Shown here: positions 13,610 to 25,414 of the stretch, in pieces
Position numbering within the stretch: position 1 is the first letter of the stretch
How the letters are laid out: each line of letters opens with the position of its first letter
DNA from: Callorhinchus milii
Taxonomy: Eukaryota
Reading direction: 5' to 3'
Length of the DNA stretch: 64,000 nt
Assembly (NCBI RefSeq): GCF_018977255.1
Contig: NW_024704743.1
Coordinates: 52,082,001-52,146,000 of the forward strand
Translations under genes and position numbers: made by a program
Notes under the pieces: model-generated
The model's database searches: none
What the model saw: only the letters and a program-made list of their open reading frames with translations
Told to the model about the DNA's origin: nothing

Positions 13610-14189
13610 AGAGTAGGCATTTTCACAGAATTCCTTATCTATTGCTTTTCCGGCAAATTTTTACTTTTTCCCGCTAGATGTCTGTTGAGGGCTCAAACCT
13701 GTAGCTTTTTGGATGTCAAATACTCTACTACTAACCAACCTCTGATTTGAAAAACCATAACTGAGCTGGTTATTTTAAGAGCAATCCTTTCAGGCCCATT
13801 TTCTCCCCTTTCCCCATACCCTTACAGTTGACTCCAAAGCCAACAATTATATGCACTTCTATAGCACAGGTTCAAATGTAAATGAAATAGTTGGGGAGGG
13901 GAATGTGAGAGTAACTTACTGAAAGAAAAATAATGTTGTCAAGGTGAAAACTGAAAAAGAAGAAAATAAAACAGAGAGTGTGTTATATTGGGAGACAATT
14001 AACATATCCAGGATCTGGTATGAAATGGCAAAATGTTAGTTGATAACCATCAACTGGTGTAAAGTCTGGTTTGATCAAAAGCCTTTTTTCAGATTTGTTT
14101 GGACACCATCTTGTATTGCTTTTTCGGTTAGTCAAAAAATACTGACTTGGCTTGACTGACTAATTTATCATTTTTTTTAAAGTGTGGAG

Positions 14190-14290
14190 TAAGAAAACAA
14201 ACTTGTCCAACATTTTGTCATGCCGGGAATCAAACCCAGGGCTCTCGCCTGCAAGGTGAGTACTCTAATCACTAAGCTACAGAAATCCAC
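14190..14290 (-). mobile_element. SINE tRNA-like head fragment
   Basis: Reverse complement tgtagcttagtgattagagtactcaccttgcaggcgagagccctgggtttgattcccggca. Confidence 0.75.
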
Positions 14291-17200
14291 ATATAAGAAC
14301 AGTAACATTTCCAGTGTTAATCCCATTAAAATATTCGTTATATTTCTTAACAAAATTCCTTCATAAGGAATGCTGTTAGAATTCCCATCAATCTGAAAGT
14401 GGAACACATCAAAGTGTTCAGCATGACATATCACAAGATCACACAATCAGATTTGTTTAGATGAAGCCCTCTGGCCCATCAGATCTCATCCTTCCAGAAT
14501 GCCCACCCTACTGTCCTTCCATCATGGCAGCAAGACGATTTTTAAAATAATCTCAACAACAGCAACAATTTTACACATATATATATATATTATATGTGGT
14601 GTCTTTCATGTGCTACACAGGGCAAACTGCGAGCCCAAACTTGGGATGGGGAGAGTTGAGGAAAGTCATAATTCTCATAGATTACTTTTATTTAAAAAAT
14701 CTTGGAAATGTTTAACAACAACATCTTGCATTTATATAGCACCCCTCATGCAGGGTAGCATCCCAGAGCACTTGAAACACAAAGTTTGTTTAAAACACAA
14801 AATAACAAATAGCTCAGATACAGGTTGACGGCTGAGTTCTGACATTTATGGACTGCTGCATCTTATGGTTTAGCAAATCCTCAGTAGCTTTCAATTGAAT
14901 TACTGCCATGTAGTTCCCTCCCAGTTACTTACCGTTTTCAAATGTAACGACATAACACTCCATCAAGAATGTTAGTTGCTGCTTGCCTTCAGTTTGTGAA
15001 CAAAGTTCACCTCTGCAGTTTTAATAGATTCAATGTGTGTCCAATCTTACTATTTAATCAGCATAGAGAGAGGGAGGAAGAACCAAATAGTCTTTAGCTC
15101 TGCAAATGAAAGCTTTTCAGAACAGGATAAAATTAATAGAAAGATCCATATAAAACAGTGCCACATCAACAGCAGTTTCTGTACCAATTTCAAAGTCATT
15201 TCTTTCTTTATAATAAACAAGTAATAAAATGACAAATTACAGTAAACAGGATAGCCTGGCAAAGTAATCCCTTTGATGCACAAATTCCGAATGATGATGG
15301 GTGACTATCTGAATAAAAAAAAGTGCCATTTCATTGTATAAAGAACATGTTGAAATAAATTCTACAAATAATAATATAAATAATAGTACGCTTGCTTCCC
15401 TCGTGACATAAACAATGTTAAACACCCAATCCCTCTAGTGCTGACCTTCCATCAAACATTTTGTAGATATTTGTATTTTGCAGAAGGAAATCAAACCTTC
15501 AGCTCAGAATCAAAAAGTCATTTTGATCATTTTTTAAAGGAAATATAATGGGCTGCATAAGTGAGGAATTAATAATTGATAATTTGCGCTAAAAGTTGTA
15601 CTATTATAAGATGATCTCCGGTTATTCTAATACCTTCAAAAACGTCTGCTTCAGCAATGATAACATGCAGACAGAAATGCTGATGATCTAAAGTATCAGC
15701 CTAAAGTAATAGAAGTTGAAATATAAAGAGCAACTTGGGGATTTTTTGCCCACATTGGACAATCTGCTCCATGTCTAGGGTGTGCTGCTCTATCGGTTCC
15801 AGCCAATCAGAAAATGCACTTAGCTCTCATAAGTCACTGGAGAAAACCTTGACGTGAAAAGCACTCTATTGCTGTGAAAGCCACGAATGTGGCTATTAAT
15901 CCCTGTGAAAGATCTCTGGGCTGACACTCACTGTGAAGTATGTGCAAACGGGGAACTACCCATTTCATTATTGATTATTGTCTGACCCTACACCGCAGCC
16001 AGATGTGGCAGAGGCTACTTCTCTTTCCTCTTGTTACTTAATAGTTTTCATGGCCTTCTTCTTTTGCCTTTTACAAGCTATCCACTTTGAGCTGTATTCC
16101 AAAAGGCGCTCTCTAATCCCTCTTTAGGAGACTGTAGTAGAAATGCTTTTTGGAAATGGAATATGTTAAAATATAAACTTCTCAAGTGAAGTGTGACCTC
16201 AGCTTTATAAAATGTTAATAGCCAAAGAGCTGTGTTTGCACAGTTAAGGGCTAAAATCAATCCTTCAGGCTTGCATAGTGACAACTGGTATTTCCTGTCC
16301 TTAGTACAGCTTTGAAAATACTGGCTGCAGTGTGTCTTAATCTGGTTATAGTGCGCACTAGCAAGATTTAGGCAGTGTGGAATTAGTTTGCCTCTTTTAT
16401 ACATATTTTCCAGGGTATTTTTTCAAAGTTAATTAAAATCACGCTGCACGTTTTGAAAGGAGGCTTAACAAAAACAGCTGAACAGTTTTGGAGTTGAAAT
16501 GTTGTGGTCACATTTTCCTAATTAAATCTTAAGGCTTACCATTGGCAGTTGACAGTGTAAAGCCATCAGTAAAATTATTAGTGAGGAAATTACAAGGTGT
16601 TAAAAACAATTAGGTGAAACGAAACATTCGTGTTTGACATTTATTTAACAGAAGGAATTGTTTGGCTACATTAGTAGTTGCTGCCACCATTTTCTTTTAA
16701 CAAATGCATTCTAGGATCAAAGGTGAAAATACTTCACAATTTATCTGCCCCGGTTTACAGTGTCATTAAGCCACAGGCGATGTGTGATTTCTTTGGCTCA
16801 GGTCTTATCTATTTCCTGAATGTTACAGTGAAATCCAGCTCACTCAAGTCCATTTCTATTCAAATTGTCGATGGAAAAGCTGCTCTTGATTTCTGAATTC
16901 TATCATGTTGTCTTAAACTAACTAGGATGAGAATATATGGAAGATATCTTGCCAGCGACAATGAGTTATTGATGTTCACTCATGAGTGTGAAAGTTCCAT
17001 AACTCACCTCTGAGTTATGGATGGCCTTTCCGTAAGTGAGAGAACATCTGGATGCTAAATGTCATGGTTGAGATGTTTCCTTCATGCAACTGGGGTTTGA
17101 ACCTTATAACCTTTTCAAGTTGCTTTGCCCTGCTGCTTGTCCATAAGTCAAGGGGTGAAAAATGCAACAGTGCTGATTCAGTTACTCTGTTCAACAGAGA

Positions 17201-17404
17201 CTGAAAGGCACCAATCACAGGCAGCAAAAGATGGTACCACTCAGAGACCATATCCCGACTTGAACCAAACCGACACAAGAATTTTTACCCATTAAATTCT
17301 TGCAGGAGTTTCACTGAATGTGTGCCAAGTTTCACTGATTGTACCATATGTGTTGAAACCCATTTGCCTATAAATACACAGGTGTTATACCAAATGCAAA
17401 GTTA

Positions 17405-17832
17405 AATAATAATAATAAAGAATCCTTACATTTGGCATAGGGCATTACATGTTGTGAGGTATCCCAAAGGATACCGGATATAGTGTAAAGTGCAGCGACT
17501 GTGTGTTTTGTGGCAAGATGCTGCAGTCAATTTGCACACAGGAATGAAGTGAATAACCAATTGTATTTGGGGGATTGCTGGCCAGAACACCGGGAGAAAC
17601 TCCCTTCTCTTTTCAAATAGTGCCATGGGATCTCTAACATCCACCTGAACCGGCAGATGGGGCCTCAGTTTAACATCTCACCCAAAGGATGGCACCTCCA
17701 ACAATGCTACACATTCCAAGCACTGCATTGGAGTGTGATCTTAGACTATATGAGTTCCAAATCCCAACATTTGGCTTGAACCCACAATCCTCTGACTCAG
17801 AGGCAAGACACTACTAACTAAGCCAGGCGGAC
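17405..17832 (-). mobile_element. Deu-domain SINE, near full length
   Basis: tRNA-like head; Deu core gagatgttaaactgaggccccatctgccggttcaggtggatgttagagatcccatggcactatttgaaaagagaaggg; (ATT)n tail. Confidence 0.9.
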
Positions 17833-17971
17833 AAGTTGAGGTTTATTATTATTACATATTACAATAGAATTTACACTTATATAACGCCTTTCATATCAGC
17901 AGGACATCCCAAAGCTGTTGACGTTTCTGGCTGGGCTCCGGACTTGAGCGTGAGAGTTGAGGGGGTGAGGA

Positions 17972-18292
17972 GTGGAGTCCTGTAGCTCAGTGGTTAGAGC
18001 ACTCGCTTTGCAAGCGAGAGACCCGAGTTCAATTCCAGGCAGGGCGAAACCTTGGGCAAGTTTCCTTACTCCACACAGTGCCTAATAATAATCCCTCCAA
18101 AAAAAAACAATAATAAATTGGTCATTTTCAATCCACGACTGTTTGTGGGACATTGCTGTGTGCAATTGGCTGCCACGTTCGCCCACAAATATAGTCAATT
18201 CACTTTACAGTGTGTTCTGTGAAGCGTTTTGGGACGTCCTCCCGACATGAAAAGAGCTATATCAAATGCAAGGATTATTATTATTATTATTA
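17972..18292 (+). mobile_element. young tRNA-derived SINE, short form, full length
   Basis: Near-identical to 13300-13609. Confidence 0.95.
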
Positions 18293-18307
18293 AGAAACAA
18301 AATGACT

Positions 18308-18356
18308 AAAACATGGTCAAAGCGATACATTAAAAACGTGGTCAAAGCGATACATT
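18308..18356. repeat. 24-bp tandem duplication
   Basis: aaaacatggtcaaagcgatacatt / aaaacgtggtcaaagcgatacatt. Confidence 0.9.
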
Positions 18357-18521
18357 TTGAGGCATACCCTGAAAGAGGTATGCCATAAACACCTGTCTTT
18401 CTCACAGGCTGAGAATGCTCTTTGAGAGAGTGCTCTTTATTTTGTTCAGCGGGGTATTTAACACATGTAGAAACCCATCCAAAAGTAGATAGTCAGGTCT
18501 GTATTTTGAATCACCACATGT

Positions 18522-18660
18522 TATAGAATCATAGAATTATACAGCACAGATGGAGGCCATTCAGCCCATCATGTCCGTGCCAGCTCTTTGAAAGAGCTGT
18601 CCAAATGAATCCCACTCCCCCGCCCTCTCCCCATAGTTCTGTAAATTTGTACTCCCTAAC
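18522..18660 (-). mobile_element. CR1 LINE 3'UTR
   Basis: atagaatcatagaattatacagcacagatggaggccattcagccc. Confidence 0.8.
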
Positions 18661-19778
18661 TATCAAAACTACTCTGATGTGAGCAAAACAGAACAGCTCT
18701 ATGAGTTAAATGGAAATTTACTCTGTTTCTTACTAAACTGCGACTGATCTGCGAGTATTTGCAGACACTGGAAATCTGAAGTGGGAAAATGGTTCATTCT
18801 CAGATGGTGACATCCCTCATTCTGAAGAGCACAAAGAAGGAAGTAAAAATCATAACTATGCTGATTGCTGAGATCAATTGTACTCATTCTGCAGCCTGGG
18901 ATCTTTTGTTGCCCTCCTTTTCTTCATCTGTGGCTTTTGGCACACATTTTGCTCTGAGCGCCTCCAAATCTCAACCTGTCCAGCTGTACAATGTTGACCA
19001 AGGCTGGCATTTAGGGCTGATTCCCTCATTTTCCCACGCTGCAAGAAATTAAAGGAGGATTTTTTGTTACGAGGCAGGAGTACCCCAATTTCCATGAAGC
19101 AATGAAAGGGCCTTATTCAAATAAAACTGCTGCTTCTATCTGATTTCTTTACCCCTGTGTAATCCCCTGTGTCAATTTCCACACAGCAATTTTGAAGAAA
19201 CATTGGGAAAAAAATCCAAATTAACAATTTTCCAAAATTCTGCCTGATCTTATGTTTTAAGCTAAGATTGTCAGAAATTATGGGCTTCAGGTTTCCACTC
19301 AGCAAAATCCCACAACAGCATGGTTTGAGACCTGGAGGAGATTTGCAGATGAAGAGTGATACCAGTCTGTGCCATCTTATATCAACTCACTATACTGCTC
19401 TTAGAAGACTTGTATTTATTAAAGCGTTCTGAGATGCTGCCCTATTTGGAGGGCTCTGTATAATTGCAAGTTGTTGTTGACATTGCACTGAGCTACAACT
19501 AGTATTTTCAAGTTGGACCCCATTAAAACCTAATATTCTTTCTCAAAATAGTTGCAAAGATCCACCGCTCTGAGACGCTACTCCAGATGAAGTATAAATA
19601 TATAAATGCAAGTTGTTGTTGATTCCACACAGAGCAAGAACCCTGAGCATGAACGTCTGAGTACCAACACGGGGGTTGGGGGCTGCCATTGGAGATTATG
19701 TGACTCTCCAAAGGGCGGGAGGAAATTTAATAGGCATCTCCTAACAACTGGTTTAAGAGCAGTGTACCAGTCCATACA

Positions 19779-20086
19779 TAATAATACTTGCATTTGATAT
19801 GGCGCTTTTCACGTCTTCTAGACGTCCCAAAGCGATTCACAGAATATACTGTAAAGTGAATTGACTGTATATTTGTGGGTGAACGCGGCAGCCAATTGCG
19901 CACTGCAGTGTCCCACAAACAGTCATGCATTGAAAATGACCAATTTATTATTGGTTTTTTTTGGAGGGATTATTATTAGGCGTGTGGAGTAAGGAAACTT
20001 GCCCAAGGTTTCGCCCTGCCTGGAATTGAACCCAGGTGTCTCGCTTGCAAGGCGAGTGCTCTAACCACTGAGCTACAGGACTCCAC
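19779..20086 (-). mobile_element. young tRNA-derived SINE, short form, full length
   Basis: Reverse-complement copy of 13300-13609; appears inserted into the head of the older element that continues at 20088. Confidence 0.95.
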
Positions 20087-20087
20087 A

Positions 20088-20550
20088 AAGAAGAGAATCG
20101 CAGGTTCAGTCACTGTATTGGATGATTTCAGCTAAGGTAGAAGTTGGGGCTGTAATTGGCAGAACATCCATTCCCTTCCCCACCCTTCCCTCACCATAGC
20201 CCCCACAACCCTCCCCTTCCTCATCTCTCTTCACCTCCCCAAGGAAGGGGGGGGGGGGGAGAACAGCCAGTGTCTTCCACTCCTGATCGCTATCTAGTGA
20301 CCACTGTTGTAATGTGCATGTATGTAAATGTCATCTGAGGACAGGATGTGGATTGACTGCAATGTCACCTCTGTGGCCTCCCTGACAGAGGAGTATCTTG
20401 CCAACACTTAACTGTCTGGGTTCACACATTGAGATTGGCCACTGGAGTAAAGTGCTGGAGTACAGCCAGCACCTGAGGAACTGTACTCCAGTAAAAATCA
20501 CAGCCTCTAGGAGGGTGAGGGGGGGGACATTGGATATTTTTTTAAAAAAA
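20088..20550 (+). mobile_element. ancient SINE-like family (unnamed here)
   Basis: ctcctgatcgctatctagtgacc...gaggacaggatg...ctgtctgggttcacacattgagattggccact...A-rich end; shared with 11555, 33340 and 43765. Confidence 0.7.
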
Positions 20551-20919
20551 TGAACAAGCCACCAGTACCAGCAATATGGGAGGAACTATCACCCTCACCT
20601 AACCTCTTGTCTGTAGGTTGGTGTGAGACGCAGTGTGATAACTACCTATATTTAATGATTTAAAATGGGGAAATAGACAGCAGAATATTTCTGCTTCAAT
20701 TAAAGGATGCTGTTTTAAAACAGAAATAAACAATGCTGTTTTGTCGTGCCAATATGATTATTGTATTTTTATGGAAAATATTGTATTTTTGCATATGAAC
20801 AAGCCACCAATTCAATTTCAGCTTAAGTTCTGAGGTACAAACATTTCTCTGCAATGTATAATCAGGAAAGATTTGGCACCACAAAAATCTCAGACCTACT
20901 CCTGATTATTGGTTCAGTG

Positions 20920-20950
20920 TCAGTGCCTTCATAATCCAGCAGAGGGCGCT
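20920..20950 (+). promoter_or_regulatory. CTCF motif with upstream module
   Basis: CCAGCAGAGGGCGCT at 20936-20950 fits the CCASYAGRKGGCRS core; a TGCAGTNCC-like tcagtgcc lies 8 nt upstream. Confidence 0.6.
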
Positions 20951-21219
20951 TTCCAAACAGCTACAACAAAACCTGAATCCTGAAAGTGGTCTCCTGAATT
21001 AATGAGGAAAAAGTCAATTGTTCAAATTTATTTAGAAATTGCAGTGATGTGGAAATTAATAATGACAATGAACACAACATTTACAAAATAAGGAAACACT
21101 AGAAAAGTTAATACACTATTCTATAGGTCTGTGGTTTCAGTGTGTAAAATAAGACAGAACGCAATGTAGACATAGGAGCAATTCCAATATATGCATCTGG
21201 TTCCCCAGTTACTCAGGTA

Positions 21220-21715
21220 CAACAACAACAACAACTTGGATTTATATAGCACCCTCCACGCTAGACGGCATCTCAGAGCGCTTTACAGTAATGGATCCTG
21301 GAAGCGAGCCAGGGGGAGGGGGAGGAAGGTGACCAAAAGCATGGTCTTCAGCAGAGACCTGAAAAATGGAAGGGAGTCAGCAAGATGAAGGGAGTGAGGA
21401 AGGCAGTTCCAGAGCCTTGGGGCATAGTGGCTGAAGGCACGGCTGCCGAGGGCGGAGCGGAGGACTCAGTGGACAAGGAGGAGGCCAGACCCAGAGGAAT
21501 GAAGGCAACGGGTACTGTTTTGAGGAGAGAGGAGGTCAGAGAGGTAGGGGGGTGCAAAGGAGTGCAGGGACTTGAATACAAGGGTGAGGATCTTGAAATC
21601 AATCCTTTCTGGGATAGGCAGCCAGTGCAGTCTGGCAAGGATTGGGGTGATCGAGCAGCGCAGTTTGGTGCGGGTGAGAATGCAGGCGGCAGAGTTTTGA
21701 ATGAAGATACTCGGA
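21220..21715 (-). mobile_element. L2 LINE 3' fragment
   Basis: (CAA)n tail plus stem-loop; antisense of the L2 ORF2 C-terminus (cttgaatacaagggtgaggatcttgaaatc, gccagtgcag). Confidence 0.85.
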
Positions 21716-21833
21716 TCACTGAGAGTTTGGATATGAAGCTCGGTTCTGCAGCCTGGGTATGAAGGTCAAAAACTTAACATCCCTTTTGCATGACTAAGAT
21801 TCCTTATAATGGAATCATATAAGAGCATGGCAC

Positions 21834-23092
21834 TTTTTTTTTGGCAGCCGGGTGTCTGACACATGCGGAAACATCTACAACAACAACTTGCATTCACGTG
21901 GAGTAGTTTCTCGGAGCACTTATCAACATACTTAAGAGTATCCAAACTAAGTTGAGCCAGGCTGTCTGTGTTGTCATCAGCAGTTCCCTGGAATACTGCA
22001 GACCCACGTGGCTCAGGAACCAGACTACCGAGACCACCACAGAGGGCTGGCTCGATTCCGACATTCCATTACCTGGGGCATGTCACCTTGGAGCCAGACA
22101 TTACTTACCTCTCCCCCAAGGAGGAAAGTAACCAGTTGGTCGTTTGACACCCAACAAGCCCAGGTTTAGCCTCACTAGGTGGATGGTTGGTACAAGGAAC
22201 TCCCTGTGAGCTTTCCAGGGGGCAACACATCTCAGCATGAAATGCGTGAGAGCTTTGCCACTAACTTCCTGTCAGCAGTTCGGGCACACATCCCTTTCCA
22301 TTGAGCGATGGTTCCACCAATTGGAGGTGTGGAGTTTAAGCAGCAGCTGTTGCCTCTCTGCAAGCCAATAAAGGTGGATTCCAGGTGCAAATGTTTTTAC
22401 AAACTCAGAATCCAGGTAACATCTTCCAGCAGCTGTCGCCCCAAGCCTCAGAGTTTCCTCATCAGCTACCTGGTGGGCATCTGCCTTCAGCATAGTGGGA
22501 GGACTTTTACAGGACAGCTTGTGACATGTAACCTTCATGTTCTTGAGGTCCAAGTCTAATGCTGTGTACCAGGCTTACTCAGCACCAGCTGCCTAATCCA
22601 GCTCCTCATGTGAGGAGCCTTGGCAAAAAGATGTGCCTGTTGTAAGCTTAGCGACAGGTCAGTGTAGGCTGGAGCCCTCCCTGTAGCTGCTTCCCAGGTT
22701 TGCCAGAAATCCACCTCACTCCTTGATCCTGGAGTTTGCAGATGGGTCGGAGGAAGCCTCTCTTCTGCATCCCTAGGAGCTCAGATTCATAAAGGAGGAA
22801 TGTTTGCAAACAGGTCTTGTCTGCCACAAGCCTGACCTGCAATGGGACCTTGTTGTCCTTGAAGAGCAAGACCAGAGTGCCCTTCGCCCTTCTCAGTGCA
22901 GTCCTTCAGGACAGTGTCCAGGCTGAAGCTGGTGTCCACCATGACCCTGAGGTAGCGATAGAAGTCAACAATTGGGACTAATGCCCAATCAATTCCCTCA
23001 ATGTCTTCCCTTGGGCCATGCAGAACCATGTTTCTGCACTTGGGGGCGCCTACCACCATATCCCACCGGTTGGCTCAGTGGCCCATGAGGTA
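21834..23092 (-). mobile_element. 5'-truncated non-LTR retrotransposon with RT C-terminal region and CCHC zinc knuckle; not CR1/L2; degraded
   Basis: Frameshifted minus-strand pieces: ANRWDMVVGAPKC, VDFYRYLRV, LLYESELLGM, QGVRWISG, KAPHMRSWIRQLV, CPNC*QEVSGKALTHFMLRC, LVTFLLGG; T9 run at 21834-21842 is the poly(A) tail; visibly more GC-rich than its flanks. Confidence 0.8.
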
Positions 23093-23528
23093 TGTTGGAT
23101 AACTTAGTCTTAAAAATATGCATCCACAATGTGGTGCAGCCTTTATTGAATCTTCGTGCATCCTGACCACTAAGGCAATTAAATAACTTGCTCCACGGGT
23201 GTTTTTCTGCAATTATTTTAGATACCCGGGTGTTTGAATTGTGTTGGAGCAGTTGCGTTAACTAATAAATATTTTCTACAATTTTTTTTTGAATATCCAA
23301 CACACAGTAAGTATTTACTGAGAATTGCTATGACCAGCTGCAGAATAAAGTAAAGATTACTAAACGTATCACAGAAAAGATTATGAAAATTATGTCTTAT
23401 TACATTTCATTTCACTCAGTAGCTTGTTTCAGGCGGAATTAAGAGTAATCCTACTTAAGGCGGCAGATTCAGTTTGTCTCTGTTATAAAGATAGCTGCCA
23501 GCATAAGTTTCATAAAAGTTTATAATTT

Positions 23529-23551
23529 GTGTGTGTGTGTGTGTGTGCGTG
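23529..23551. repeat. (TG)n microsatellite
   Basis: gtgtgtgtgtgtgtgtgtgcgtg. Confidence 0.9.
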
Positions 23552-24739
23552 TAAGAGACAGCAGCAAAATCTGAACGCTGCACTTTGCTATGATGTGGTG
23601 TAAGTCTGGAATTAGAATACTGCCACTGGCTGTGTCTGTGCAGTTGCAAGGCTCAGATCAAGTTCTATGCGTGAAGTTAAAGATCTCCATCTTGTTTAAT
23701 ACATCAAACATAAAATGACACATTTAATTTATGTCAAAGTAGCGCTACTCTTTAATAAACTTTCTACCTTGCTGCAATTGCAAATCAAAACTCATGGAAA
23801 TTAAATTGAAATAATCCAATACCAGTTGAACATTATGTATTAGGGTCAATTGTAGGTCATTTTTGGCAGAAATCAGAGGTTTTATGGCGTTCTTTCTGAT
23901 GTGCTTCTCTGAGTGCATTTTCAAGCAATGTGTACAGCCATAAATTCAATCTGCTACTTTTCTGCCAAGAGGCTGATTGAGGGAATAGTATCAATCATTT
24001 TTACAATCTTGTAGCTCTTCTTTTTCTGTTCAGGTAACGACTACTCACCTTGAGGATGTTTCTGAAAGCATTCCGATATGGAAACAGAATGTGGTTTGGT
24101 TCTTCTTCACAGCTTGCCAAGAACAGTCTGTACTATTAGATGAGCCCTGGCCTGCAACCTTGCAACCGATGACCAAGTTATTATTGAGTATATTCTCCGC
24201 TTTAGAACTACCTGATCTTACTTACAGGATCAAGTCTAATTACAATTCAACTGACAACTTTGCCCAGTGCCTCAGGACATCTTGCCAACGTGAAAGACAC
24301 AGTCCTTTCTCAATGTAAGCTCAAGATAGTTTCTAAATATCCTTTTGCTGTGAATACTATATGTATCTACAAGTGCTCTTAGATGCTGCCCTGCATGAAG
24401 GGCACTATATAAATGCAGATAATTGTTGTTGTTGTTCTTATGTGCTTTGGAAGTGTCTGAGAAATGCGTTGGGCAAACGAGCAACAACTACTGGACAATG
24501 TAAGGCAGCAGGTAAAAATAAGACTTGACTGAACTGAATTACAAACACAGAGAACCACTGCTAAGAGCGTGCTAGAGATTAATACTATTAATAATGTGCT
24601 GCGCTTGTGAATGAAAATGAGTGGACATCATTGAAGTTAACCCAATCTGTAGCAATAAAGGGTTTGTTCTTCTAGCCAAAGAAAGATGATTTCAACTCCT
24701 TGCCTTTTAGGATCAGATGAAACAAACACAAGACATTAT

Positions 24740-25260
24740 AAATTTATATTTGTATAGTGCCTTTCAGGTTGGGAGGATGTCCCAAGGCATTTAACAGTCA
24801 TGGTTAGGCACCTGCAAACCCGGTCACTAATTGTGGGGCAGGCAGAGCGATGGACATGAAGCAGGCCAGTGCTCCTGAGCAAAGGGAGTGGCCCCAGCAG
24901 TGGGGTTTAAGGAGGTCACAGAGGTATGCGGAGGCCAGATTATAGAAGGCTTTAATCTTCAACTGAATCTCCTGGGGAAGCAATGGAGCCAATGGAGCTG
25001 GTGGAGGAATGGGGTGATAGGCTTGTGGAACCTGTGGGAAGGGACATGGGATGCAGAGTTCTGGGTAGTGCGCAGGTGTATAGGAAAGAGTTGGTTAGTA
25101 CAGCAAGCAGAGAGTTGGCGTTTTCAAGCCTAACATGATAAATGCATGGATGAGGGTCTCAGTGGCCCAAGGGGAGAGGTAGTGGCGGATTCTGAAAATA
25201 TTGCAAAGGTGAGGGAAAACTGAGCAGGTCAGAGCACAAGCATGATATGGAGCTAGTTGA
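24740..25260 (-). mobile_element. L2 LINE 3' fragment
   Basis: Minus frames HLCNIFRIRHYLSPWATETLIHAFIM and LKIKAFYNLASAYLCDLLKP; L2 tail at 24745-24795. Confidence 0.85.
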
Positions 25261-25383
25261 AGCTTCACATAAAAGACCAATCAGCAACTGATAGTTGGTT
25301 AGTTTTGCTCAGTCCGCAAATGCCAATAAAGCTAGAATATCTATAAAAAGACAGATAAGTAAGTAGAAAGAAATAATAAATGT

Positions 25384-25414
25384 GTGCCACCTGCTGGATT
25401 TCTGAGTAACTTCA
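25384..25414 (-). promoter_or_regulatory. CTCF motif (reverse orientation)
   Basis: Reverse complement CCAGCAGGTGGCAC at 25384-25397; a weaker upstream-module-like tgaagttac lies 8 nt 5' of it. Confidence 0.5.

Noticed and set aside
13380..13610. Recurrent ORFs ending KCKDYYY or LPRSPTNIQS
   Set aside because: Translations of SINE tails.
14933..15012. Possible 80-nt minus-strand exon with a GTAAGT donor
   Set aside because: No polypyrimidine tract and the peptide is unrecognised.
18766..18871. Protein-like frame DTGNLKWENGSFSDGDIPHSEEHKEGSKNHNYADC*
   Set aside because: Short, unrecognised and without a supporting exon chain.
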